This document shows, in pieces, positions 36,102 through 44,430 of a stretch of 44,996 nt of DNA. This DNA is from a virus (taxonomy: Duplodnaviria > Caudoviricetes): the IMG/VR virus record IMGVR_UViG_3300036713_000269, positions 1-44,996 of that record; one strand, 5' to 3'. The notes under the pieces are model-generated. The model worked only from the letters and a program-made list of their open reading frames with translations, ran no database searches and was not told the origin of the DNA. Within the stretch, counting starts at the first letter, position 1. Every line of letters starts with the position of its first letter. The position numbers were made by a program, and so were the translations under genes.

Positions 36102-37632
36102 GCACCACATCGCCGGGCCTCCCGGCACCGGGAAGACCACCTACGTGGCCGCCCGGTGCCGGGAAGAGGTCAAGAGGTACGGCGCCACCGGCGTCCTCGT
36201 CACCTCCCTCACCAAGGCCGCCGCGTCCGAGGCTGGCGGCAGGGAGACGGGGTTGCTCGACACTCAGATCGGCACCCTCCACGCCCACGCCTTCCGCTCC
36301 CTGCCCGGCGCCGCCATCGTGAAGAAGGAGCACTACGCGGACTGGAACGCGGCGAACCCCAACCTCACCCTCACCGGCGGCAAGGACACCATCAACCTGG
36401 GACGGGAGGCTCGCGCTCGGGGCGACGACGTCCGGGAGACCGCCAACCTGCACCGGCACCGGATGGTCCCCAGTGACGTCTGGCCCGACCACGTGCGCCG
36501 GTTCCACGAGAGGTGGCAGGACTTCAAGGCGGAGCGCGAGGTGCTCGGCTTCACAGATCTGATCGAACTGGCGAACACATCCGTTCCACTCGCCCCAGGA
36601 GACCCTGATGTCATCATCGCCGACGAAGCCCAAGACCTCTCCAAGCTTGAGTGCAGTCTTCTTAGAAGATGGGCCTCAAGCTGTAAGGCCCTCATCCTCG
36701 TTGGAGACCCTGATCAGGCTCTGTACGGATGGAGAGGATCTGACCCGAACATACTCTCTGGAGCTGAAGTCCCGGAACGCCTGGCACGATCTTGGCGAGT
36801 TCCGTCTCGAATACACGCCGAGGCCCAGCGACTGATCCGGCGGTGCCGGTTCCGGGAGGACATCGACTACATCCCCGTCCGCGAGGGTGGCGAGGTACTG
36901 CGGGGAGGCACCTACCGGAACAACCGCTGGCTCCTGCCCCACATCGAGGCCGCCATCGAGGGAGAGCGGAGCATCATGCTGCTCACTACCACGGAGCACA
37001 TGCTGGGGCCGATCATCAAGCTCCTCCGGCAGGAGGGCATCCCCTACCACAACCCGTTCAACACGAGGTGGAACCCGCTCTCCCAGGGCGTGACCGTGGA
37101 GAAGCTCCTCATTCTCGCCAAGCCCATGACCCAGTGGACGATCGGAGACCTCAAGGCTGTCGCCACCATCGTGAGGTCCGGGCCCGTCCTGCACCGCCAC
37201 GCGAAGACCAGGCTCAAGAGCATCAGCGAGGACCACGACCACGTCCTCGCTCGCGGCGAGGCGCTGCTCACCACTATGCTGACTGACGAGGCGCTCGACA
37301 ACATGCACGACCTGGACTGGGTGGTCAGCCACATGCTCAGCGACGCCCAGAAGTCGATCAAGTACCCCCTCGCCATCTACCGGAGACGGGGCCGAGAGGC
37401 CCTCACCTCGCAGCCACGGGTCATCGTCGGGACCATCCACTCAGTCAAGGGGGGCGAGGCTGACGACGTGGTGGTGTTCCCCGACATCTCCAGGGCGGCG
37501 TACGACCAGAGTCTGAAACGATCCTGGGACGGTGCCGACGCCCTGTACCGGACGTTCTACGTGGCATTCACCCGAGCCCGCGAGAGGCTCATCATCGGGA
37601 GGGCGGGAACCAACATGAAGGTGTCACTGTGA
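36091..37632 (+). CDS. UvrD/Rep-family (SF1) helicase
   Basis: GPPGTGKTT, TLHA, DEAQD, VGDPDQALYGWRG, TIHSVKGGE and YVAFTRAR motifs. Confidence 0.92.
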   Translation: MTTEHHIAGPPGTGKTTYVAARCREEVKRYGATGVLVTSLTKAAASEAGGRETGLLDTQIGTLHAHAFRSLPGAAIVKKEHYADWNAANPNLTLTGGKDTINLGREARARGDDVRETANLHRHRMVPSDVWPDHVRRFHERWQDFKAEREVLGFTDLIELANTSVPLAPGDPDVIIADEAQDLSKLECSLLRRWASSCKALILVGDPDQALYGWRGSDPNILSGAEVPERLARSWRVPSRIHAEAQRLIRRCRFREDIDYIPVREGGEVLRGGTYRNNRWLLPHIEAAIEGERSIMLLTTTEHMLGPIIKLLRQEGIPYHNPFNTRWNPLSQGVTVEKLLILAKPMTQWTIGDLKAVATIVRSGPVLHRHAKTRLKSISEDHDHVLARGEALLTTMLTDEALDNMHDLDWVVSHMLSDAQKSIKYPLAIYRRRGREALTSQPRVIVGTIHSVKGGEADDVVVFPDISRAAYDQSLKRSWDGADALYRTFYVAFTRARERLIIGRAGTNMKVSL

Positions 37633-37856
37633 TCACGCGCCGCAGCGTCTTTCAGGGGGCAGCAGCAACCATGGCAGCAGCCATGCTGCCGTTCAAACGG
37701 CTACTGCCCCTCAAGCAGCCGGTAACGTTCAACCATGTGAGCAACGAGATCAACACCGTCCAGGGGAGGCAGCTGGCCAAGCTGGCCGAGTTCTGGGGAG
37801 AGAAATACGACAAGGCGATTCTCAAGGCATGGGCAGGGGGGGACTTCGATGAGTGA
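37629..37856 (+). CDS. Small protein with Tat-like N-terminus and capsid-spine-helix-like C-terminus
   Basis: TRRSVFQ plus hydrophobic stretch; 11/22 identity to this phage's capsid residues LTALSEWWGHRYDEAIINQLAG. Confidence 0.65.
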   Translation: MITRRSVFQGAAATMAAAMLPFKRLLPLKQPVTFNHVSNEINTVQGRQLAKLAEFWGEKYDKAILKAWAGGDFDE

Positions 37857-38133
37857 GTCTGCGCTCCGCCGGCGGGTGAGGATGAGATGCGACGAGCTGG
37901 GATACTGGGCGATACCGTACCCCGGCTCGTCGATGGGGATCACCGGGTTCCCCGACCTCATCATCCTCAAGCGTGGCCAGGTCATCTTCCTGGAGCTGAA
38001 GGACCTCGGCAAGAAGCCTCGGCCGATCCAGATGGCGATACTGTCCAAGCTCCGCGCCCTCGGCTTCACGGCCGAGTGGGCTGACAACTACGACGACGCG
38101 ATGGAGGTGATCGGTGTGGAAGAAGCCGAGTAA
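37849..38133 (+). CDS. VRR-NUC (PD-(D/E)xK) nuclease
   Basis: ESAL..GFPDL..FLELK..RPIQ. Confidence 0.88.
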   Translation: MSESALRRRVRMRCDELGYWAIPYPGSSMGITGFPDLIILKRGQVIFLELKDLGKKPRPIQMAILSKLRALGFTAEWADNYDDAMEVIGVEEAE

Positions 38134-38338
38134 ATGGAGCGACCTGGAGCCTGGCGTGCCGGTGCGGGTCAGGTGGTGGGGCGACAAGTGGAAGCCGGCA
38201 GTCATGAGCACTCACCAGGCGGCCGTCATGGACCACAATGGCAGTCACCTACGCATCTCCGGCCTGGGCCAGGTCGAGATCGAGGTCGGCGACTCCGACA
38301 ACGTCCTGAGCCTCTACCTGCCCTCGGAGATGCGTTGA
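38114..38338 (+). CDS. Hypothetical protein
   Basis: SD GGAGGT; coupled to the primase. Confidence 0.6.
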   Translation: MWKKPSKWSDLEPGVPVRVRWWGDKWKPAVMSTHQAAVMDHNGSHLRISGLGQVEIEVGDSDNVLSLYLPSEMR

Positions 38339-39951
38339 CGACTGACTTCCTCGCCGCGGTCTTCCCCTCCATCCCCTCGGGGATGTTCATGCACCTGTGG
38401 ACGCATCCGGACAAGGTATCAACATGGGTGCCGCTGAGTATCGCCGTCCTCAGCCACGAAGTGATCGAAACCCAGAACATCTACGTCGGGGTGGGTCTCA
38501 GCCCCGAAGATTACGGCCCGAAGAAGCGATGCAGCGCCTCTCGGGTCGCTGCCATGCCTGGCCTCGTCGCCGACCTCGACATCAAGGACGGAGCGTTTCC
38601 GAACTTGAACGCAATCCAGCGGTTCATCGGTGAACTCCCAATGGCGCCGACGATCACAGTAGCGAGCGGTGGCGGGGTCCAGGCATGGTGGCTCTTTCGT
38701 GAACTCTGGATCTTCGACTCCGATGAAGAACGCGAAGAATGCGCGACACTCTCCAGGGGATGGGGCGGGTTCCTGAGTCGCAGAGCAAGGGCCGAGGGGG
38801 TGACCCTCGACAGCGTGTGGGACCTCGCCAGGCTCATGAGAGTGCCCGGTACCCTCAACAACAAGTACTCGCCGCCGAGGCCGGTGAGCATCCTCTCCAC
38901 TGACGGGCCGCGCTACAACCCTGGAGACTTCAGGGAGTGGGCCGTAATCACCCCGCCTCAAGCCACCGTCGAAGTGGATGCCACCGGCCTCGTGTGGCGG
39001 GACGATGCGGACGTGCCGTCCGCTCGTCTCAACGCCATGCTCCAGAACTCGCCCCAGTTCCGAGCGTCGTGGGAGCACCGGCGCAAGAACTTCACGTCGT
39101 GCTCAGAGTACGACATGTCCCTCGCCACCCTGGCCGCGTTCGCCGGGTGGGAAGAGCAGGCCATCCTCAACCTCCTCATCGCCCACCGCAACAAGTACGG
39201 CGAGAAGCTCCACCTCGACAACAAGAAGAAGTACACCTGCACCATCGGGAACGCCCTCGCTGCAGCCAAGGCCAAGCGCAACGAGAACGCCATCTCCGAC
39301 ACTCTGGAGGCCCTGTCATCCTCCCCCACCAAGGTGCCGGAGATCGACAACGACATCAGACGGCAGTTCCTCGACATCATCGCCGACCGCACCGGGTGCG
39401 CAGTCGATCGGCTCGTGGTCTACTCGTCCCACGAGGAGAACCAGTACGAGGCCGTTATCGGAGGGGTGGAGGTGAGAGTGGGCTCGGACAAGGAGCTACT
39501 CTCCTGGACCCGCTGGCGAGAGATCGCCCTGCACCACGGTGCGATCAGGAGCAAGCCCACCCCCACCGAGTGGCAGGACAGCATCCGAGGCTTCCAGGCT
39601 GTGATGGAGGTGACCCAGGTGACCGAAGCCAACGCCACCGAGGCGCTGGCCGAGCACATCCGGTCCCTCTGCTCTGAGAGTGCCACGGTCCACCAGTCCC
39701 TGGCCGGGGCAGACATGGCCAGCGCCATCGACGGAGGTCAGCCCATGGTCATCGGCGACCGGCTCTACTTCAAGAGGAGCGAGCTGGTCCGCCACATCAG
39801 CGTGGAGCGCGAGAGGTGGGGGCGCCTTCAGCTCTCCAAGGTGCTGCGCCAGATCGAGTTCGAGGGCATCCAGATCTCAGCCAGAAACGGAAAGAGCGTG
39901 TCGAAGGGTCGGTACCTCTGCGGACCCGCCGCTATCCTCGAAGATGCTTGA
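38335..39951 (+). CDS. RepB/AEP-like DNA primase with uncharacterised C-terminal domain
   Basis: ADLD, SGGGVQAWW and DLARLMRVPGTLN motifs; SEYD primase-C-like helix; TTGA-coupled start. Confidence 0.8.
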   Translation: MTTDFLAAVFPSIPSGMFMHLWTHPDKVSTWVPLSIAVLSHEVIETQNIYVGVGLSPEDYGPKKRCSASRVAAMPGLVADLDIKDGAFPNLNAIQRFIGELPMAPTITVASGGGVQAWWLFRELWIFDSDEEREECATLSRGWGGFLSRRARAEGVTLDSVWDLARLMRVPGTLNNKYSPPRPVSILSTDGPRYNPGDFREWAVITPPQATVEVDATGLVWRDDADVPSARLNAMLQNSPQFRASWEHRRKNFTSCSEYDMSLATLAAFAGWEEQAILNLLIAHRNKYGEKLHLDNKKKYTCTIGNALAAAKAKRNENAISDTLEALSSSPTKVPEIDNDIRRQFLDIIADRTGCAVDRLVVYSSHEENQYEAVIGGVEVRVGSDKELLSWTRWREIALHHGAIRSKPTPTEWQDSIRGFQAVMEVTQVTEANATEALAEHIRSLCSESATVHQSLAGADMASAIDGGQPMVIGDRLYFKRSELVRHISVERERWGRLQLSKVLRQIEFEGIQISARNGKSVSKGRYLCGPAAILEDA

Positions 39952-40032
39952 CCTACCCGCCAGCTTTCCTGTAGGATCTGGGACAGCATGGATCAAGGCC
40001 TCAACACCAGGTTTCAGAGCGCATCGGGCACC

Positions 40033-40272
40033 GTCCCCACCAGCTCCCTGGTCCCCACCTTGTCCCCAGAAGCGCCTCAGCGCAAACACTGAAAAACAAG
40101 CGATGTCCCCGTGTCCCCACGTCCCCAGGGGGATTTGCTATAGGGGTATAGTGAGAGAGAAAAAGTTTTCAAACTTTTTTTCGGTGGGGACACTGGGTAC
40201 ATGGGTACATCGTTACGTGAGAAGGACTTACGACGCACCGCAAGTGGGTACGAAGTGGGCCTAGATGGGGAC
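40033..40272. other. Putative replication origin (iterons flanking an AT-rich core)
   Basis: Six GTCCCC, then AAAAAGTTTTCAAACTTTTTTT, then inverted GGGGAC/GGGTAC copies; directly after the primase. Confidence 0.7.
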
Positions 40273-40322
40273 ACCGCCAGCGTGGTAGGATTCCCGCCGA
40301 GCAACAACCAAGGAGGTAAACC

Positions 40323-40565
40323 ATGGCTATCACAACCAAAACCACGCTCCAGAGAATGCAGCGAGTCTGGAAGCTGAAGATCGAGAAGCACGACGGCGAG
40401 AAGATCAAGGCCGAGTCGTGCAACTCCCCGCACGTCAGGCAGTCGGTCGAGGGGCCGATCCTCGGCGTGCAGTGGTGGGAGAAGGACGGCAACCGGGAGA
40501 GGTCTGTCCTCGGGGGCATCGTCAATCTCGACATCACGATGAACGAGACCGTTCTCGATGAGTAG
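40323..40565 (+). CDS. Hypothetical protein
   Basis: SD AAGGAGGT. Confidence 0.75.
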   Translation: MAITTKTTLQRMQRVWKLKIEKHDGEKIKAESCNSPHVRQSVEGPILGVQWWEKDGNRERSVLGGIVNLDITMNETVLDE

Positions 40566-40911
40566 GCGAACTCAGGGGCTCCTGCTCGCTCTGGCCGGCG
40601 TCATCGTCTGGGCCCTGGTCCTGATGACGCCGGTCGACGCGGCCAGGTTCGACTTCAAGGTGACCAACTCGTGGAGCCTGGACGGCTGGGCCCACGAGCC
40701 CTGCTCCCCCTCTCCGCGTGGCTACGGCTGGTACGAGGGTGAAATCACCCACCCGGTCGACGGCACTATGCGGGTGCTCTACCGCCCTGACGTGGTGGCG
40801 AAGTGCCTCGCTTTCACCGAGCGAACCAAGGTGGCTGTCGCCGGCTATCACGAGCTGGAGCCTCACCGGCATGTAGCGACCTCGGTCAACATCCGGAAGC
40901 GAGGTCGGTGA
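40558..40911 (+). CDS. Secreted/membrane-anchored protein
   Basis: N-terminal hydrophobic signal with VDA-A cleavage-like site. Confidence 0.65.
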   Translation: MSRRTQGLLLALAGVIVWALVLMTPVDAARFDFKVTNSWSLDGWAHEPCSPSPRGYGWYEGEITHPVDGTMRVLYRPDVVAKCLAFTERTKVAVAGYHELEPHRHVATSVNIRKRGR

Positions 40912-41333
40912 TGATGTGGAGCAAGGCCACCCTGGCCAGCCTGCTGATCTGTGTCCCGCTGATCATGGCGATGACCTGCAAGGAGTGCTCGGAGACTCCG
41001 ACCGACCCGCTCAACTACTACCCGGCGCCGGAGGGCATTCCCATCAACTGGGTCTCCGGTCACGGCACTGTGGAGGTCTACGGCTGGGGCGAGGACGAAT
41101 GGTGGACTGACTTCGAGCCTGACTTCCGGAAGGTGGGGGATGAGATCGGACTCCAGATAGAGGACACCGGAGGCGGGCGCCGTGCCGCCTCGCAGTACAT
41201 GGCTGGCCTCCAGGTGGTGAGGATCACTCGCAACCTGGACCCTGACTACGATCCGAATGTCGATGTTCTCTGGTGCTCCGGAGATGAAGGGTTCTACACC
41301 ATGCTCGTGGCACGAGCAGAAATGGGGATGTGA
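40911..41333 (+). CDS. Putative lipoprotein/secreted protein
   Basis: Hydrophobic signal ending AMTC. Confidence 0.55.
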   Translation: MMWSKATLASLLICVPLIMAMTCKECSETPTDPLNYYPAPEGIPINWVSGHGTVEVYGWGEDEWWTDFEPDFRKVGDEIGLQIEDTGGGRRAASQYMAGLQVVRITRNLDPDYDPNVDVLWCSGDEGFYTMLVARAEMGM

Positions 41334-41530
41334 TGGCGAAGAAGAAAGGGTACTACGAGTTCGCCGGCGGAATCGTCCGCAAGCTCACCGAGGAGGAGGA
41401 GAGGGAGTTCTCAGACAGCAAGTTCGGCTTCTTCCGCTTCAAGGACGACGGGAGCCTTTGGCGCGAGCCTAGTCGCGTCGACCATGGCCAGCACCTGGCC
41501 GGCTTCAAGGCCTGGGCGGCGTCCGAGTAG
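41330..41530 (+). CDS. Hypothetical protein
   Basis: Coupled ORF. Confidence 0.6.
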   Translation: MMAKKKGYYEFAGGIVRKLTEEEEREFSDSKFGFFRFKDDGSLWREPSRVDHGQHLAGFKAWAASE

Positions 41531-41797
41531 ATGCCTCGACTCGCCGGAGCTGAGGCCCTCATAGCCATCCTCATCAACTTCAAGCACCAGGTTCTCGTCG
41601 CTGACGTCAGCAAGAACGGACGCGCAGTTCGGGAGAATCGGAGGAGGGGTGCGAAGCTGATCCTGGACATCGATGACTCAGACGCCCTGGCCTACAAGAA
41701 CAACGAGGACACCTGGGTACTGGTCAAGGTACCGGGAGACCTCATAGAACAGGCCAACTCGCGCATCATCAAGCCCGGCATCATCACTCCTCGATAG
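41531..41797 (+). CDS. Hypothetical protein
   Basis: Adjacent ORF followed by a hairpin. Confidence 0.65.
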   Translation: MPRLAGAEALIAILINFKHQVLVADVSKNGRAVRENRRRGAKLILDIDDSDALAYKNNEDTWVLVKVPGDLIEQANSRIIKPGIITPR

Positions 41798-41802
41798 CCC
41801 CC

Positions 41803-41838
41803 TACGGCCCCCGCTCCTCTATGAGGACGGGGGCCGTA
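41803..41838 (+). terminator. Hairpin, probable terminator
   Basis: TACGGCCCCCG..CGGGGGCCGTA. Confidence 0.6.
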
Positions 41839-41909
41839 TTGCGTTCTGAGAGTTCTGAGAGTTCTGCGGGCAGGGAATTCGGACCCGGAGGGGACCCGGA
41901 GGGGATTCG

Positions 41910-41937
41910 GGGCGAACAGAGGTGAGGGGTGTAGGAC
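41910..41937 (+). promoter_or_regulatory. Conserved 28-bp upstream motif, copy C
   Basis: GGGCGAAcagaGGTGAGGGGTGTAGGAC after a terminator and before SD AAGGAGG. Confidence 0.7.
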
Positions 41938-41974
41938 TCCTTCCCAACCCTTAACTACCCCAAGGAGGGTGCAA

Positions 41975-42109
41975 ATGACGCTTTGGAACTTCTTCAACAT
42001 CATTCTCGCTTTCGCCTTCATGGCCGCTGGCATCGTCTGGTGCGCCACGGGCGTCATCGAGCGAATCCGCGACCACATCGACACCATCATCGACGTCATC
42101 AACCGATAG
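41975..42109 (+). CDS. Small single-TM protein (44 aa)
   Basis: SD AAGGAGG; MTLWNFFNIILAFAFMAAGIVWC. Confidence 0.7.
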   Translation: MTLWNFFNIILAFAFMAAGIVWCATGVIERIRDHIDTIIDVINR

Positions 42110-42119
42110 GAGACATGCC

Positions 42120-42467
42120 ATGCTGGACTTCACCACCGACGAGATCTTCGCCATCAACGGCGTAGTCAGAGACGACTGCAAGCGCGTCTTCGACTGGCAC
42201 TACGCCGCTCGCCTCATCAAGCGCATGGGCGTCCAGAACGCCTCCGCCGGGCTCATCTCCGACTGGGGCTGCACCTCCGGCATGATCCTCAAGGACGGCA
42301 AGCCCGTGTTCGACTCCTACGCCTACCTCGTCTCGAACTGGGCCACGCCCGCCATCCACCTCTCCGACCTCGACATGACCGTGGTCTGCGCGACCTGCAA
42401 CGACGACTGGGACCCCGGCACCAAGTGGCCGCAGTCCGCCCTCGACATTCTGAACGCCAAGGAGTAG
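42120..42467 (+). CDS. Hypothetical protein
   Basis: SD AGGAG; codon usage. Confidence 0.75.
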   Translation: MLDFTTDEIFAINGVVRDDCKRVFDWHYAARLIKRMGVQNASAGLISDWGCTSGMILKDGKPVFDSYAYLVSNWATPAIHLSDLDMTVVCATCNDDWDPGTKWPQSALDILNAKE

Positions 42468-42469
42468 CT

Positions 42470-42667
42470 ATGGACATCGACGAACTCATGCGCGCAATCG
42501 GCCTCGCCGTCATTCTCACCATGGACAACATCCTCGACGATCACGGAAATCGCCCCTTCGACGAGGCTCCCGAGGAGATCCAGCTCATCGCCAAGTTCTG
42601 CCACATGCTCATGCAGGACGCCCAGGAGACCGTTGCCGAATCCACCATCGAATGGGAGGTCAACTGA
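42470..42667 (+). CDS. Small acidic protein
   Basis: SD AAGGAG. Confidence 0.7.
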   Translation: MDIDELMRAIGLAVILTMDNILDDHGNRPFDEAPEEIQLIAKFCHMLMQDAQETVAESTIEWEVN

Positions 42668-42668
42668 C

Positions 42669-42830
42669 ATGCTCTACATCTGCTTCATCTGCGGAGACGC
42701 CTTCGACGATATCGAGCAGGCGGAACTCACCATCGACTACTGGAACTACGCGACCTGCACCAAGTGCGAGGAGACGCGCACCGGTCGCGAGATCCGACTC
42801 ATGTCCATGCAGCGCGACGAGGAGGGCTGA
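42669..42830 (+). CDS. Small Zn-ribbon protein
   Basis: CFIC..CTKC; SD GGAGG. Confidence 0.7.
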   Translation: MLYICFICGDAFDDIEQAELTIDYWNYATCTKCEETRTGREIRLMSMQRDEEG

Positions 42831-42831
42831 C

Positions 42832-43065
42832 ATGCTAGACATCTGCTACCTCTGCGGGCGCGAGATCCGCATCGACGACGACATGGCCATCAGCGTCACG
42901 CTCGACGATGGCCGCGTCATGGAGTGGGCCTGCGGTACCTGCCACATGGACCGCATGTGCCCCACCTGCTTCGGCTTCCTCGATCACTCGCCGACATGTC
43001 ACCAACACGAGATCGACGCCGCCTGGGAGGGACACGATGACAGTCGCCATACGCTGGGCTCCTAA
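42832..43065 (+). CDS. Small Zn-ribbon protein (shares 5' end with previous gene)
   Basis: CYLC..CGTC..CPTC; SD GGAGG. Confidence 0.7.
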   Translation: MLDICYLCGREIRIDDDMAISVTLDDGRVMEWACGTCHMDRMCPTCFGFLDHSPTCHQHEIDAAWEGHDDSRHTLGS

Positions 43066-43420
43066 CGGCGCGAACGTCGCCATCACCTGCGGCATCGTCA
43101 ACGTCATCCTCACGGCCGAAGGGTCGCCGATGTACACAATCATCAAGCGCGAAGGCTATGAGGACATCATCATGACGGGACTCCACCTCGGATCGGCCGA
43201 GGGGAACGCGAAGGCCATCATGGCAGCCATCATGGAAGTCCGGAGGCAATGCCGCGCTCATGAGGACATCGCCTATTGGTGGCGTCGCACACGATGGGAA
43301 GCATCATGCGACAGCTCGATCCTGCCGAAACAGCAGCGGAAAACTCTCAAGGAGAAAACTCTGCTGCTAAACGATGCAGCAGCAGCCGCCGCACACGACA
43401 TTGAAACGAAGGAGGACTAA
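43037..43420 (+). CDS. Hypothetical protein
   Basis: SD GGAGG. Confidence 0.7.
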   Translation: MTVAIRWAPNGANVAITCGIVNVILTAEGSPMYTIIKREGYEDIIMTGLHLGSAEGNAKAIMAAIMEVRRQCRAHEDIAYWWRRTRWEASCDSSILPKQQRKTLKEKTLLLNDAAAAAAHDIETKED

Positions 43421-43421
43421 C

Positions 43422-43799
43422 ATGCTCATCAAGCGCAAGGCGCACCCCGAACTCTTCGCTCGCCTCCAGGAGCTCTTCCCCGCTGGCTACCGCAAGCACG
43501 CCGTCGCCGTTTTCGAGACGGCCGACCCGGTGTCCCTCACCGGACGCTCCTGGGACGAGGGCTCCCGCTCCGACTGGAGCGCCTGTGACCTGAACGGACG
43601 CTCGGTCTCCTTCGGGCACGTGGACCCGCCGCAGTTCGGCGGACCGAAGAAGAACCAGCAAGTCGTGCCGCAGCCGAACCTCATCGTGCGGCGCGGCGGC
43701 ATCTTCAGAGGGAAGCAGGCGTTGCTGTTCCTCTACATGCACCCCGACACCCGCAACAAACTGGGCATCTCCGCGCTGCCCGAGGAGGAAGGCTGGTGA
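43422..43799 (+). CDS. Hypothetical protein
   Basis: SD AGGAGG; WDEGSRS..G.F.GK motif. Confidence 0.8.
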   Translation: MLIKRKAHPELFARLQELFPAGYRKHAVAVFETADPVSLTGRSWDEGSRSDWSACDLNGRSVSFGHVDPPQFGGPKKNQQVVPQPNLIVRRGGIFRGKQALLFLYMHPDTRNKLGISALPEEEGW

Positions 43800-43801
43800 C
43801 C

Positions 43802-43969
43802 ATGAAGCAGCTCCGACGAGACGTTCCGAAGACCCAGATGTGTGACCACCCCTTCGCCGCGCTCCTGAAGGTGTGCCTCTGCGAGGGCTGCGAGGCGTGG
43901 CGACGCGAGGAGTACGCCTGGTACCAGAAGCGGGCTCGCCGCCAGGCGAAGGAGGCTGGTCGTGGCTAG
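43802..43969 (+). CDS. Allele of 153-320
   Basis: Near identity. Confidence 0.75.
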   Translation: MKQLRRDVPKTQMCDHPFAALLKVCLCEGCEAWRREEYAWYQKRARRQAKEAGRG

Positions 43970-44174
43970 TCGCGACGCCTACCAGCGCGGCGCAGACCAC
44001 GCCCGGCGGCTGCTGAAGCTGTGGCAGACACCCGGCGGACTCGCCAAACGCCCCGAAGCGATCAGCGAGGCCGGTTTGATCGACCCGGTAACGTGGCAGT
44101 CCATCGACGAAGATTTGCTGCTGTGGGCGCGAGGGTTCAACAACACCCTGCTAGAGGAGGACGGTCGTGGCTAG
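43962..44174 (+). CDS. Accessory hypothetical protein (MASRDAYQ...), absent from the left copy
   Basis: Bounded by 16-bp direct repeats. Confidence 0.75.
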   Translation: MASRDAYQRGADHARRLLKLWQTPGGLAKRPEAISEAGLIDPVTWQSIDEDLLLWARGFNNTLLEEDGRG

Positions 44175-44421
44175 TCGCATCGACCACCACGCCATCCTCG
44201 CCCTCGCCATGACCATCCGGGGCTCACTGATCGCCCCGATGATTCCCATGGGCCTCGACTTCGACCCGATCCACCAGGCGGTCCGAGACATCGCCCACTG
44301 CCACGACCAGGCCACCCTGGGCAGCGGCGAGGCCGACCAGCGCTGGTGCACCAAGGAGGCCCTCGGGTACCTGATCCACCTCGTGAAGCTGCTCGACGAC
44401 AATCATTCCATCTACCACTAG
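44167..44421 (+). CDS. Allele of 313-570
   Basis: Near identity. Confidence 0.8.
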   Translation: MASRIDHHAILALAMTIRGSLIAPMIPMGLDFDPIHQAVRDIAHCHDQATLGSGEADQRWCTKEALGYLIHLVKLLDDNHSIYH

Positions 44422-44430
44422 GAGGACGAC

